DNA of 63,997 nt, counting the filler, from an uncultured bacterium (GTDB taxonomy: Bacteria > CAYJOG01): the NCBI GenBank assembly GCA_964371695.1. It is 10 parts of 10 records of this genome, joined end to end, with 100 filler letters (N's around TTAATTAATTAA, not from the genome) between each part and the next. Parts side by side here need not be neighbours in the genome. Positions count along the whole stretch, not along the records: positions 26,618 to 33,155 come from CAYJOG010000174.1; positions 33,256 to 39,793 come from CAYJOG010000175.1; 8 more parts are not named here. One strand, 5' to 3'. Below are positions 29,655-38,417 of the stretch, in pieces. Below the pieces are notes generated by a model. That model made no database searches. It was not told the origin of the DNA and saw nothing but the letters and a program-made list of their open reading frames with translations. The position numbers were made by a program, and so were the translations under genes. Within the stretch, counting starts at the first letter, position 1. The number at the start of each line of letters is the position of its first letter.

Positions 29655-31013
29655 TTGAGCACAAGCACTGTCACCGAAGAATCCCCATTTATCCGCCTTC
29701 TGGAAATCACCCTGGACACCGATGAGGTGCGCACCGCTGTGCAGCAGGCCGCCCAAAAGCTGAGCCAGCGGGTGCGGGTGCCCGGCTTCCGGCCCGGCAA
29801 AATCCCCATGCGGGCGCTGAAAATGCACCTGGGGGCTGAAAAGGTGGAAGAAGAAATCAAGGAACGCCTCATTTCCCTGTCTTATTCCAAAAGTTTTCAG
29901 ACCCATGGCCTGGAGCCGGTGGGGGTGCTGGAGGTGGACGCCCCCGGCGTGACCCAGGACCAGCCCTATACCTACAAGGTGAAGGTGGAAATCTTCCCGC
30001 CCATTGACATGCCGGACTTCGCCACATTGGGCCTGACCGCCCCCGAAGAAACCGCCAGCGACGAAGAAATCGCAAAGGCGCTGGAAGGCATTCAGAAAGA
30101 AAACGCCACCACCGAGGTGGTGGACCGCCCGGCAAAAGCCACGGACTGGATTTCCTTCAGCATCGTGAGCGCCCCGGCGGGACACGAAGCCCAGGTGGAA
30201 GCCATCAAGGACCAGCGTTATGTGGTGAAGCTGGACCAACGGGTGGAGGGCGACGCCTTTCTGGAAAACATGCCCGGCAAAAAAGTGGGTGAAAAAGTCT
30301 CTTTCACCACCGCCATCAGCGCCGGTTTTCCGGTGCAGGAACTGGCCGGGGCCGAAGGGGAGTTCACGTTTGAAATGATGGAAGTGCGCGAGCCGTCGCT
30401 GCCCGCCGTGGACGAAGCCCTGGCTCAGCAACTCAAACACGAAAGCGTGGACCACCTCAAGGAAACCCTCCAGCGGGTCATCACCCGCAACAAACAACGC
30501 GAGGCCGACCGGGCCTTTGGCGAAGAAATCATGAAAACCCTGCTGGCCCGCACCGCGTTTGACGTGTCAGACACCATGCTGGACCGCGAGATTGAGTCCG
30601 TCAAAGGCAACATCGCCCAGAAAACCACACTGGAAGACGCCGCGAAAAACGAGGGTCTGTCGGTGGAAGACTTTGAAAAGAAACTGCACGGCGAAACGCT
30701 GGACTACCTCAAGCGCCAACTCCTCCTGCGGCAGGTGATGTCGAAAAACAATATTCACGTTCACCAGGAAGAAATGCTCTACGCCATCATGAACCTGGCC
30801 GAAAACGCGGGCCTGGGCAAAAATGAAGCCCGCGAACTGATGAAGAACGAGCAGATTCAGGAAGAAATCCACGAACGCCTGTTGCAGGAAAAAACAATGA
30901 AGTTCATTCGCGACAGCGTGGCCGGAAAAAACCCCGCCGCCTGCGATCATGATCACGGCCACACCCATGATCACGAGCACGAGCACGAACACGAACACGA
31001 ATCCCACGACTGA
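29655..31013 (+). CDS. tig: trigger factor
   Basis: VPGFRPGKIP ribosome-binding motif, FKBP-like and C-terminal domains; TTG start with AAGGA RBS. Confidence 0.92.
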   Translation: MSTSTVTEESPFIRLLEITLDTDEVRTAVQQAAQKLSQRVRVPGFRPGKIPMRALKMHLGAEKVEEEIKERLISLSYSKSFQTHGLEPVGVLEVDAPGVTQDQPYTYKVKVEIFPPIDMPDFATLGLTAPEETASDEEIAKALEGIQKENATTEVVDRPAKATDWISFSIVSAPAGHEAQVEAIKDQRYVVKLDQRVEGDAFLENMPGKKVGEKVSFTTAISAGFPVQELAGAEGEFTFEMMEVREPSLPAVDEALAQQLKHESVDHLKETLQRVITRNKQREADRAFGEEIMKTLLARTAFDVSDTMLDREIESVKGNIAQKTTLEDAAKNEGLSVEDFEKKLHGETLDYLKRQLLLRQVMSKNNIHVHQEEMLYAIMNLAENAGLGKNEARELMKNEQIQEEIHERLLQEKTMKFIRDSVAGKNPAACDHDHGHTHDHEHEHEHEHESHD

Positions 31014-31040
31014 TTCCCCTCACGCCCGAAAGGACTCCCC

Positions 31041-31628
31041 ATGAACCTGGTGCCCATCGTTGTAGAACAAACCGCCCGCGGCGAGCGCAGCTATGACATT
31101 TTCAGCCGCCTGCTCAAAGACCGCATCATTTTCATCGGCACCGGTGTGGATGACGTGACGGCCAACCTGCTCATCGCCCAGTTTCTTTTCCTCGAAAAAG
31201 AAGACGTGGACAAGGACATCGACGTGTACATCAACAGCCCCGGCGCCAGTGTGAGCGCAGGGCTGGCGCTGTATGACGCCATGCTGGTGCTGCGGCCAAA
31301 GATCAGCACCATCTGCGTGGGTCAGGCCTCTGGCTTTGCCGCGCTGTTGCTGGCGGCGGGCACACCGGGCAAACGCTTTGCCCTGCCCCACGCCCGCGTG
31401 CTGCTGCACCAGCCCTATGGCGGCGTGAGTGGTCAGGCCAGCGACATCGACCTGCAGGCCAGAGAAACCCTGCGGGTGAAGCGCCTCATCAACGAACTGG
31501 TGGCCAAACACACCGGCCGCCAGCACGATGAAGTGGAGCGCGAAACCGAACGCCTGCACTACATGGACGCCGAAGAAGCCAAAACCTATGGCCTGATCGA
31601 CGCCGTTTTGAGTTCCGAAACGCGTTAG
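31041..31628 (+). CDS. clpP: ClpP-family protein, predicted non-catalytic (ClpR-like)
   Basis: [27 protein letters not shown] present, but GQASGFA and TERL replace the catalytic Ser and Asp. Confidence 0.9.
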   Translation: MNLVPIVVEQTARGERSYDIFSRLLKDRIIFIGTGVDDVTANLLIAQFLFLEKEDVDKDIDVYINSPGASVSAGLALYDAMLVLRPKISTICVGQASGFAALLLAAGTPGKRFALPHARVLLHQPYGGVSGQASDIDLQARETLRVKRLINELVAKHTGRQHDEVERETERLHYMDAEEAKTYGLIDAVLSSETR

Positions 31629-31869
31629 GACAAAGCCACGCTTGTTTTTCTTTTGGTAGTGGGGCGGGCGTCCCCGCCCGCCTAGTAAAGAAAAAAGGTT
31701 TTTTGTCTTTTTTGTTCAGGCGGGCGGNNNNNNNNNNCCCCCCCCCCCCTAAAAAAAAATAATGTTTTTTTTTTTTTTGGGGGGGGGGGGGGGGCCCCCC
31801 CCCCCCCCCCCACTGCCTAAAAGCCATGGTGCTGGGGAAGAAGGTTTAAAGGCCGCTACACTCCCCCCC

Positions 31870-33045
31870 ATGCGCATTGGCCTGGACCTGAGCACGTTGC
31901 AACCCCAGCCTGCGGGCATGGGGCAATATCTGCTGGGCATGGTTCGGGGCCTGAGCGAGGCCTACCACCCCCATCAAATCCACCTTTTCTGGCCCGGCGA
32001 CAGTCCGTTTTTGCCCGGCGGCGAAAAAGCTGAGGCGGCCTGGACGAGCGACCCACGTTTTGTGCATCACCCTGTTGCCGCCGTCCGCAACGGGCCGGGT
32101 GAATCCAAAACAGGCGGCCTGCTGGGGCGTTTCTGGTTTGAGTTCCGCCACATGGCCGCGCTGGCAAACGACCTGGGGCTGGATGTTTATCACGCCCCTC
32201 ACTACACCAGTCCGCCGGGCCTGAAGGCCCGTTTGCTGCTGGGTGTGCCGGACCTGTCGTTCTTTCTTTTGCCCGGTGAGCACCAGTGGTTCCGCGCCGC
32301 ATTTTTCCGGCGCATGTGCCGGGTAAGCCTGGGCCGCGCCCAGGCCGTGTGCCTGTTGAGCGAAAGCATGAAGCGGGATTTCACCAGGGTTTTTCCAGGC
32401 TTTGAAAAACCCCTCTGGTTACATCCCTGCTCGGTCAGCCCGCTGCCCCTCAGCGAAACCCGGTCAGCGGCCGTGATGCAAAAACTGGCACTGACGCCAC
32501 AGGGTTATTTTCTTTTTGTGGGCACACTGGAGCCGCGCAAAAATCTGATTCGTCTGGTGCAGGCCCACACCGCCCTCTACGAAGCACTCGGCGAGTCCAC
32601 ACCCCCGTTGGTGCTGGCGGGCAAGTGGGGCTGGAACAGCGAGCCATTGCGTGAAGCGATGGCCACGCCCCAGGCGGCGGGGCGGGTGCTGGTAACCGGC
32701 TATGTGGAAGAAACTGAAAAATGGGCCTTGCTGCAAAACGCCCTGGGTGTGGTTTATCCCTCGGTTTATGAGGGTTTTGGTATTCCGGTGGCAGAAGCCA
32801 TGGCCGCCGGTGCGCCCGTCATCACAAGCGAGGGAGGCAGCACCGCCGAAGTGGCCGGTGAAGGCGCGCTATTGGTCAACCCCCACGACACCGGCGCCGT
32901 CACACAGGCCATGGCCCGTCTGGCGCAGGACACCTCTCTTCGGCAAACCCTCTCACAAAAAGGCCTGGCGGCGGCAACGCGGTTTTTGCCCGAAAACACC
33001 ACCCGGAAACTGCTGGGGATTTATGAAAGCCTGACTATGGCTTAG
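31870..33045 (+). CDS. glycosyltransferase family 4 (mannosyltransferase-like)
   Basis: MRIGLD, FVGTLEPRKNL, YPSVYEGFGIPVAEAMAAG. Confidence 0.93.
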   Translation: MRIGLDLSTLQPQPAGMGQYLLGMVRGLSEAYHPHQIHLFWPGDSPFLPGGEKAEAAWTSDPRFVHHPVAAVRNGPGESKTGGLLGRFWFEFRHMAALANDLGLDVYHAPHYTSPPGLKARLLLGVPDLSFFLLPGEHQWFRAAFFRRMCRVSLGRAQAVCLLSESMKRDFTRVFPGFEKPLWLHPCSVSPLPLSETRSAAVMQKLALTPQGYFLFVGTLEPRKNLIRLVQAHTALYEALGESTPPLVLAGKWGWNSEPLREAMATPQAAGRVLVTGYVEETEKWALLQNALGVVYPSVYEGFGIPVAEAMAAGAPVITSEGGSTAEVAGEGALLVNPHDTGAVTQAMARLAQDTSLRQTLSQKGLAAATRFLPENTTRKLLGIYESLTMA

Positions 33046-33155
33046 AACCCATCTCATAAATACCTATGAGATGGGTTCTGCAGTCCATGGATGGACTGAC
33101 CCGAAAACCGAAGCTTTGAAAAAGCACAGGTTTTCGCGCTCGTGACCAGGGCTTT
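33045..33155. mobile_element. MITE-like structured repeat, truncated by contig end
   Basis: Homologous to 16169-16332 (GAACCCATCTCATAAA, CCATGGATGG, TTGAAAA, AGGTTTTCGCGCTCGTG). Confidence 0.65.
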
Positions 33156-33404
33156 NNNNNNNNNNNNNNNNNNNNNNNNNNNNNNNNNNNNNNNNNNNNT
33201 TAATTAATTAANNNNNNNNNNNNNNNNNNNNNNNNNNNNNNNNNNNNNNNNNNNNGTCTTGCAACAACCAATACGAAATCAGGGGTTTTTGCCCTTCACG
33301 GCGACGGGGGCGTCGCCGCTACTCCGGTAAACCTGACCGCAATGGGCGATAGTGTTTGTGCTTCGCCGGACCTGCTAAACTGTGTCGATTCTCAGGAGGA
33401 ACCC

Positions 33405-33983
33405 ATGTCTCTTCACCCTTCGCTGACGCGGGCTGCGGTGGTCCGTGCGTCGTTCTTTGCCTTTTGTCTGTTGTTGCCCGCGCTGCTGCACGGCCCCGTG
33501 CTGGGGGCGCAGAAGTTTCCCACCGTGGGCAAACCGGCCCCCGACTTTGTGCTCACCAACAGTTGGGGACACAAGGATTACCTCAAGCAGTTTCTGGGCA
33601 AGAAGGTCATCATCATGAACTTCGGCAGCCACAAGTCCGAGAAAGAAGCCACGGGGCTTTTTGTGACGATGGCCCGCATGTATTACACCCACCCCGGCGT
33701 GAAGATCTACAGCATGATCGTGCTCAAGGACCTGCCCTTTTACGCCAACAAACAGACGGTGATTGACCGCGTGAAAGAAATTGGCCGCAACATTTCTTAT
33801 CCCGAACTGGGGGGCACCATGGACTGGGAAGGCAAGGTGTCCTCGAAATATGGCGTGAACATGGGGCCCAACCTGCTGGTCATCAACAAAAAGGGCAAGA
33901 TCGTGTTCATGCAGGGCGACCTGTATAAAGGCAGCACCCGCGAGCTGCACACCGCCGTGGAAACCGCGCTGAAAGAAAAATAG
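33405..33983 (+). CDS. secreted redoxin/thioredoxin-like fold protein lacking CxxC
   Basis: VGKPAPDFVL, GKKVIIMNF, D..GKVSSKYGV..P.LLVINKKGKIV; AGGAGG RBS. Confidence 0.75.
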   Translation: MSLHPSLTRAAVVRASFFAFCLLLPALLHGPVLGAQKFPTVGKPAPDFVLTNSWGHKDYLKQFLGKKVIIMNFGSHKSEKEATGLFVTMARMYYTHPGVKIYSMIVLKDLPFYANKQTVIDRVKEIGRNISYPELGGTMDWEGKVSSKYGVNMGPNLLVINKKGKIVFMQGDLYKGSTRELHTAVETALKEK

Positions 33984-34012
33984 CGCCGCTGCGTCTGCCC
34001 CCGGTCACCCCC

Positions 34013-34318
34013 ATGCAGCATTTTCTGGTTGAAATCACCTACACCGCAGCGCCTGAGCGCATTGGTGAACTGGTGGCCGGTCACCGGGCCTTTCTGCAAA
34101 CGGGTTATGACCAGGGCCTGCTGCTGTTTTCGGGACCACAAAACCCGAAAGTGGGCGGTGTGGTGCTGGCGCGGGCCGAGACCGAAACCGACCTGCGGAA
34201 CTTTTTTCTCAACGATCCTTATCAATCCGAAAACGCCGCCACCTATCGTTTTGTGTCGTTCGAGCCGGTGAAGTTCCAGCCCTTCATGGAAGCGTGGGTG
34301 AAGGGCGATTTGGAGTGA
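34013..34318 (+). CDS. YciI family protein
   Basis: HRAFL...G.LLFSGPQNP.GGVVLA...DPY. Confidence 0.88.
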   Translation: MQHFLVEITYTAAPERIGELVAGHRAFLQTGYDQGLLLFSGPQNPKVGGVVLARAETETDLRNFFLNDPYQSENAATYRFVSFEPVKFQPFMEAWVKGDLE

Positions 34319-34542
34319 AACGCGCTACAATGACTTTCATGCAGTGCAGTGAAAAAGAAACAGCGGTGGCCTTTTGGGGTGTGGAAACTGAAAAAACGGT
34401 TCGCCTGTCTGAGGAAGAAGAAAAGCAGGTCGCCGAGGCCCTGGCCCAGGTGAAAGCTGGCCAGGGGCTGGATTATCACAAGGTCGTGGAGGGACTTGTC
34501 CGACAATTTGACCTGCCAGAAGTGAATGAAGCGGACATTTAA
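34315..34542 (+). CDS. putative antitoxin
   Basis: Small acidic ORF (LSEEEEKQVAEALAQVKAG) overlapping the toxin start; alternative start at 34330. Confidence 0.6.
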   Translation: MKRATMTFMQCSEKETAVAFWGVETEKTVRLSEEEEKQVAEALAQVKAGQGLDYHKVVEGLVRQFDLPEVNEADI

Positions 34543-34810
34543 CATTTCTCCGGCAGCTGCGGAGGATTTACGCCACATCGTGTCGTTTCTCCACAAAGAA
34601 AGCCCCCGAAGCGCCCGGCTTGTGCTGGAAAGAGTCAACCGTGCCATGGCGCTCATTGAGCATTTTCCTCTGATGGGCGTGATGACGGAGCAATACCCCG
34701 CGGTCAGGAAACATCCGGTTCCCAGAACCCGCTTGGCCTTGTTTTATTTGGTGGATGACGAACGCTTGATGTTGTTGCGTGTGCTGCACATGTCCCAAGG
34801 CAGCGCCTGA
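34526..34810 (+). CDS. RelE/ParE family toxin
   Basis: SPAAAEDLRHI...SPRSA...FPLMG...R...LFY..D...LRVLH. Confidence 0.85.
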   Translation: MKRTFNISPAAAEDLRHIVSFLHKESPRSARLVLERVNRAMALIEHFPLMGVMTEQYPAVRKHPVPRTRLALFYLVDDERLMLLRVLHMSQGSA

Positions 34811-34811
34811 C

Positions 34812-35960
34812 TCACTCCAGCACAAAACGCAGCACCAGTTGCTGGCGCAGGTTTTTGGGGGCCATGTCTTCGGCAAAGGCCCGGTATTGCCCCAGACCCT
34901 GCACCGCCGCCAGGGCCGCCTGATCCAGCAGCGGATAACCACTGCTGCGCGACACGGTGGCCCGCAGGCTGCCATCCGGTGCAATGGTGAGCGCGAGGGT
35001 GACCTCGCCCTCCATGCCTTCGCGCTCGGCCAGGGGCGGATAGGCCTTGCGGGCCTCCAGGGCGTTTTTCAGCCCCGCCAGATAATCTCCCCGGCTGCTG
35101 TTGGTATACGCCGGTTTGGCTGGGCGGGCGGCGGGGCGCACGGGCGGCGGCGTGGTGCGGCCTGTGTCCCGCCGGGGGAAACCGGGCACACCCCGCTCGC
35201 GGCGATCAGCCTGGGGCTCCCGCGAGCGCACCGGCCCCGGACGCTGGGGCGCGTGGCGGCTGCTGGCCCGGCCGGGTTGGCCCGGCGCACCCCCCGGCTC
35301 CACCGGCACGGCGTGGGCTGGCGCCACGGGCGAAGACACCGGGGGGGCCTCGGCCACCGGCACGCCCGGCGGGGCGTTGGGGCTGTCGCCGCCCTTCACC
35401 GGTTCGGGCGCGGGAGGGGGCAATGTGCGGGCCGGTTGGGGCGGGGCCGCGGGCCTGGGCGCGGCCAGGGGCTTGAGGGCCAGGGGCCGGGGCGCGGGGC
35501 GGGTTTCCGTTTTTTCAGGCGGCGCGGGCGGTGTTTCGACCTTTTGTGGTGTGGGGGGTTTGGGCGCGGCGGGGGGCGGGTTGACAGCGGCTTTTTTCGC
35601 CACAGGCTTGATAACCGGCGGCGGACTCAGGCGCACCAGCACGGACACGGGGGGTTTCCCGGTCTGGCGCAGATGGGGCACAACCGCCGCCAGCACGCCG
35701 TGGGCCCCCAGGGCCAGACCCAGGGCCAGCCAGCGTTTACGGCCTTTGGCCGTGAGGCGCTGATCGTTCTGCCACCAGCGCCGCCAGGGCAGCCGCTTGA
35801 CGGACACCCGCCGCAGGCGCGCCGCCAGTGTGTTCTGCTGCACAGCGGCGGGCCGGGGCGGCAGGGGGTGATGCACAAACAGGCTGGGGCGTTTGTGGAT
35901 GCGGCGTTTGAAAAGCGCCGGTTTGATGCGCAGGCGGTTCAGCGTCATGTCATGTTTCAC
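34812..35960 (-). CDS. tonB: energy transducer TonB
   Basis: TM containing His, long Pro-rich linker, YPPLAEREGMEGEV...SSGYPLLDQAAL; start uncertain. Confidence 0.88.
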   Translation of the reverse strand: MKHDMTLNRLRIKPALFKRRIHKRPSLFVHHPLPPRPAAVQQNTLAARLRRVSVKRLPWRRWWQNDQRLTAKGRKRWLALGLALGAHGVLAAVVPHLRQTGKPPVSVLVRLSPPPVIKPVAKKAAVNPPPAAPKPPTPQKVETPPAPPEKTETRPAPRPLALKPLAAPRPAAPPQPARTLPPPAPEPVKGGDSPNAPPGVPVAEAPPVSSPVAPAHAVPVEPGGAPGQPGRASSRHAPQRPGPVRSREPQADRRERGVPGFPRRDTGRTTPPPVRPAARPAKPAYTNSSRGDYLAGLKNALEARKAYPPLAEREGMEGEVTLALTIAPDGSLRATVSRSSGYPLLDQAALAAVQGLGQYRAFAEDMAPKNLRQQLVLRFVLE

Positions 35961-36024
35961 CGCCTTTCGTGTCCTTTGCTTTCAGGTTTGTAAAAAAATT
36001 GAGGAATGACAGGGGTTTTTTAAC

Positions 36025-36152
36025 GTAGCCCCGGCGTCTCGCCGGGGGTATCCACCGCGCCAAAGGCGCACACCTTTTTGTTTTTCCTTATTTCTTTCTG
36101 TTTTGCGCCGCCTGCGGCGGTTTTTTTTCTCCCGGCGAGACGCCGGGGCTAC
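36025..36152. repeat. GTAG-type REP doublet (REPIN)
   Basis: GTAGCCCCGGCGTCTCGCCGGG and its exact inverse at 36131-36152; second doublet at 59259-59398. Confidence 0.85.
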
Positions 36153-36156
36153 TTGG

Positions 36157-36585
36157 TCACTGCCCCGTGGGTTCCGTTCTGAGCAATGCGTTTTTGACAC
36201 CGGCGGCGGTGGTGAGTTCCAGGGCGGTCACCAGACGCTGGCTGGCGGCTTTGTGGTCGGCCACCAGATGCACCACCACCGAGGGGTTTTGCTGCACCTT
36301 TTCCGCCAGAAACGCTTTCAGTCCCTCATCATCAAACCGGTCGTCCTTCACGCGGTATTCCCCCCGCACCGGAATCAGCACCCTGATGCCCGTGTCTTTG
36401 ACCTTGCCCGCCGCTTTGGCCTTGGGCATGGCCAGCGTGAACCCCTCTGGCCGGTTGAGGTTGAAGGTGAGCAAAAAGAAAAACAGAAGAAAAAACACCA
36501 CGTCCACCAGTGCGGTGACATCCAGATATTGAATCTCGCGGCTCTTGCGGGCGCGGCGGCGAAGCCCCTGGCCAAAAAGAGACAT
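36157..36585 (-). CDS. exbD: biopolymer transporter ExbD
   Basis: DVTALVDVVFFLLFFFLL, LVAD motif. Confidence 0.9.
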   Translation of the reverse strand: MSLFGQGLRRRARKSREIQYLDVTALVDVVFFLLFFFLLTFNLNRPEGFTLAMPKAKAAGKVKDTGIRVLIPVRGEYRVKDDRFDDEGLKAFLAEKVQQNPSVVVHLVADHKAASQRLVTALELTTAAGVKNALLRTEPTGQ

Positions 36586-36588
36586 GGC

Positions 36589-37197
36589 TCAGTCCCCCGC
36601 CGTTTCTTTGGCAAAGAGGCGGCCAAACAGGCTGGGGTGATCCACCACCAGATGCTCGGCGGTGCGCACCATGCCCTCCAGCCAGTTTTCGAGAAACCAG
36701 TGGAAAAACCAGCAGGTGATGGCCACCGTGAGTCCGGCGCAGGTAGCCAGCAGGGCCTCCCAGATGCCCCCCGCCAGAGCCGCCGGGTTGAGCTGGCTGC
36801 CAGAAGCTTCCACCGCCATGAAGGCGCGCATCAGGCCAATCACCGTGCCCAGCAACCCCATCAGCGGCGCAACACGCGCCATGAGCGTGAGGGCCCCCAG
36901 GCGGGTGGCCAGGGTGTCTTCGAGAGACTGAAACCGGGCCTGAAACTGGGTGGGCGTGCCGTCTTTGTCGTTGCTGGTCTGCAGCAGGCGGCCCAGCCAG
37001 CTTTCCACAATAGAGCCGTTGTATTCGGCGGCTTCCTTCACCTCGCTGCTGGTGCGGTCGGCGAGGTTTTTGAGGTCGCTGAGCACCGACAGGTACACCA
37101 GCAGACGTTCAAAGGCCACCGTGAGCGCCGTGAGCGACAACAGCACCAGGGCGATGACCACCGGCCCGCCTTTTTGAAAAAACTCCATGAACGTCAT
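36589..37197 (-). CDS. exbB: MotA/TolQ/ExbB proton channel
   Basis: APLMGLLGTVIGLMRAF, LAGGIWEALLATCAGLTVAI. Confidence 0.92.
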   Translation of the reverse strand: MTFMEFFQKGGPVVIALVLLSLTALTVAFERLLVYLSVLSDLKNLADRTSSEVKEAAEYNGSIVESWLGRLLQTSNDKDGTPTQFQARFQSLEDTLATRLGALTLMARVAPLMGLLGTVIGLMRAFMAVEASGSQLNPAALAGGIWEALLATCAGLTVAITCWFFHWFLENWLEGMVRTAEHLVVDHPSLFGRLFAKETAGD

Positions 37198-37235
37198 GGG
37201 AACTCCTTTGGATTGAGGGCCGCGAAGCCCGTTTA

Positions 37236-37258
37236 TTATTGTGACTGATTCTCAATAA
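37236..37258. promoter_or_regulatory. Fur-box-like palindrome upstream of exbB-exbD-tonB
   Basis: TTATTGTGACT-G-ATTCTCAATAA, 11-1-11 inverted repeat with 2 mismatches. Confidence 0.6.
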
Positions 37259-37670
37259 AAACGCAAGGGGGTCTCAGTCTTGGGAGTCCTGAACCTCGCC
37301 GGGATGTTGGTTGGGATGGAAAAAGCCGTGGGATTGTGACAGTTTTTTGCCGTCACGAACAGCAATTTCCCATCCTTGTTGGTGAGTTGATGGACACCTG
37401 TCCATTGCTGTTAGATTTACCGGAGTAGCGGCGACGCCCCCGTCGCCGTGGATGGCAAAAACCCCTGATTTTCTTGTGGGTTGTGCGCGGTGGGGACACC
37501 GCGCCTACTCCAAGGTTGTTGTGGCGCGACGGTTTGCGAGGAATCTTTCCAGATGCCTATTGAGGCATCTGGCCGAGCAAAGGCGATAGCGGCGTCGCGC
37601 CTACTCCAGAAAGGGGTGAAATCTCCTGATTTCTCTTCAAACCTGACAGCAATGGGACACCTACCCCCCC

Positions 37671-38375
37671 TCATGTTTTTTTCAGCCCATACACCCAGCG
37701 GGTGTCTGTTCTTTTGGGGGGCTGGCCAAAGGCGGCAGGCGAAAAGGGGCCTTGCAGCGCTGCGCCCAGAGACACCGCCATCCGGGACATTTGCACCGGC
37801 CCCGCCAGAAAACGGTGCTGGGGCAAAAAACGTTTCATCAAAGCCTGCCGCCGCCAGCCACCCCAGGGCCAGGGGGGCAGGCTCAGCCACAGACCCTTTC
37901 CAGTCACCGCCAGCAGCGCGGCGAGGTGCGCCGCCGGGCGGCGGGTGTGTTCCAGGCCGTGCCACCACACCACCCAGTCCACGGACTGCTCCACCGGCGG
38001 CGCGGTGCGGCGAGGCACCTGCAACAGCGGCGCGGCGGGGGACTCCAGGCTGGTCCAGACCCGTTCGCTGGTGCGCACCGCCCGCTCAAAAGGAATCTGG
38101 GGCCGCTGATGCAACGGGTCGGTGATGAGCAGCACGGCCCCTTCGCGGATTTCTGCCGACAGCGACTGGCGAAAGGCGCGCCACGCGGGGTCCAGGAGGT
38201 GTTCTTCCTGCGGGTTTTCGGTTTCTTCGGGTGCGAGCGGCCCGGCGGGGTCCACAAAAACCGCGCCGCAGCCGGTACACGTCAGGGGCCACAACACACG
38301 CCCCCCGGCGTCTTTCCACGGTTTGCCCTGTCGGGCGAACTGGTTGTCACAGATCAGGCAACTGGCTTTTCGCAC
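37671..38375 (-). CDS. zinc-ribbon plus degenerate class I methyltransferase-like protein
   Basis: CLICD...CTGCG N-terminus; VDWVVWWHGLEH..RP...L motif; start inferred at GTG 38375. Confidence 0.5.
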   Translation of the reverse strand: MRKASCLICDNQFARQGKPWKDAGGRVLWPLTCTGCGAVFVDPAGPLAPEETENPQEEHLLDPAWRAFRQSLSAEIREGAVLLITDPLHQRPQIPFERAVRTSERVWTSLESPAAPLLQVPRRTAPPVEQSVDWVVWWHGLEHTRRPAAHLAALLAVTGKGLWLSLPPWPWGGWRRQALMKRFLPQHRFLAGPVQMSRMAVSLGAALQGPFSPAAFGQPPKRTDTRWVYGLKKT

Positions 38376-38417
38376 CGCCACAAAGAATAAAGGCGGCAGG
38401 CCGCTTACAATAAAAAC

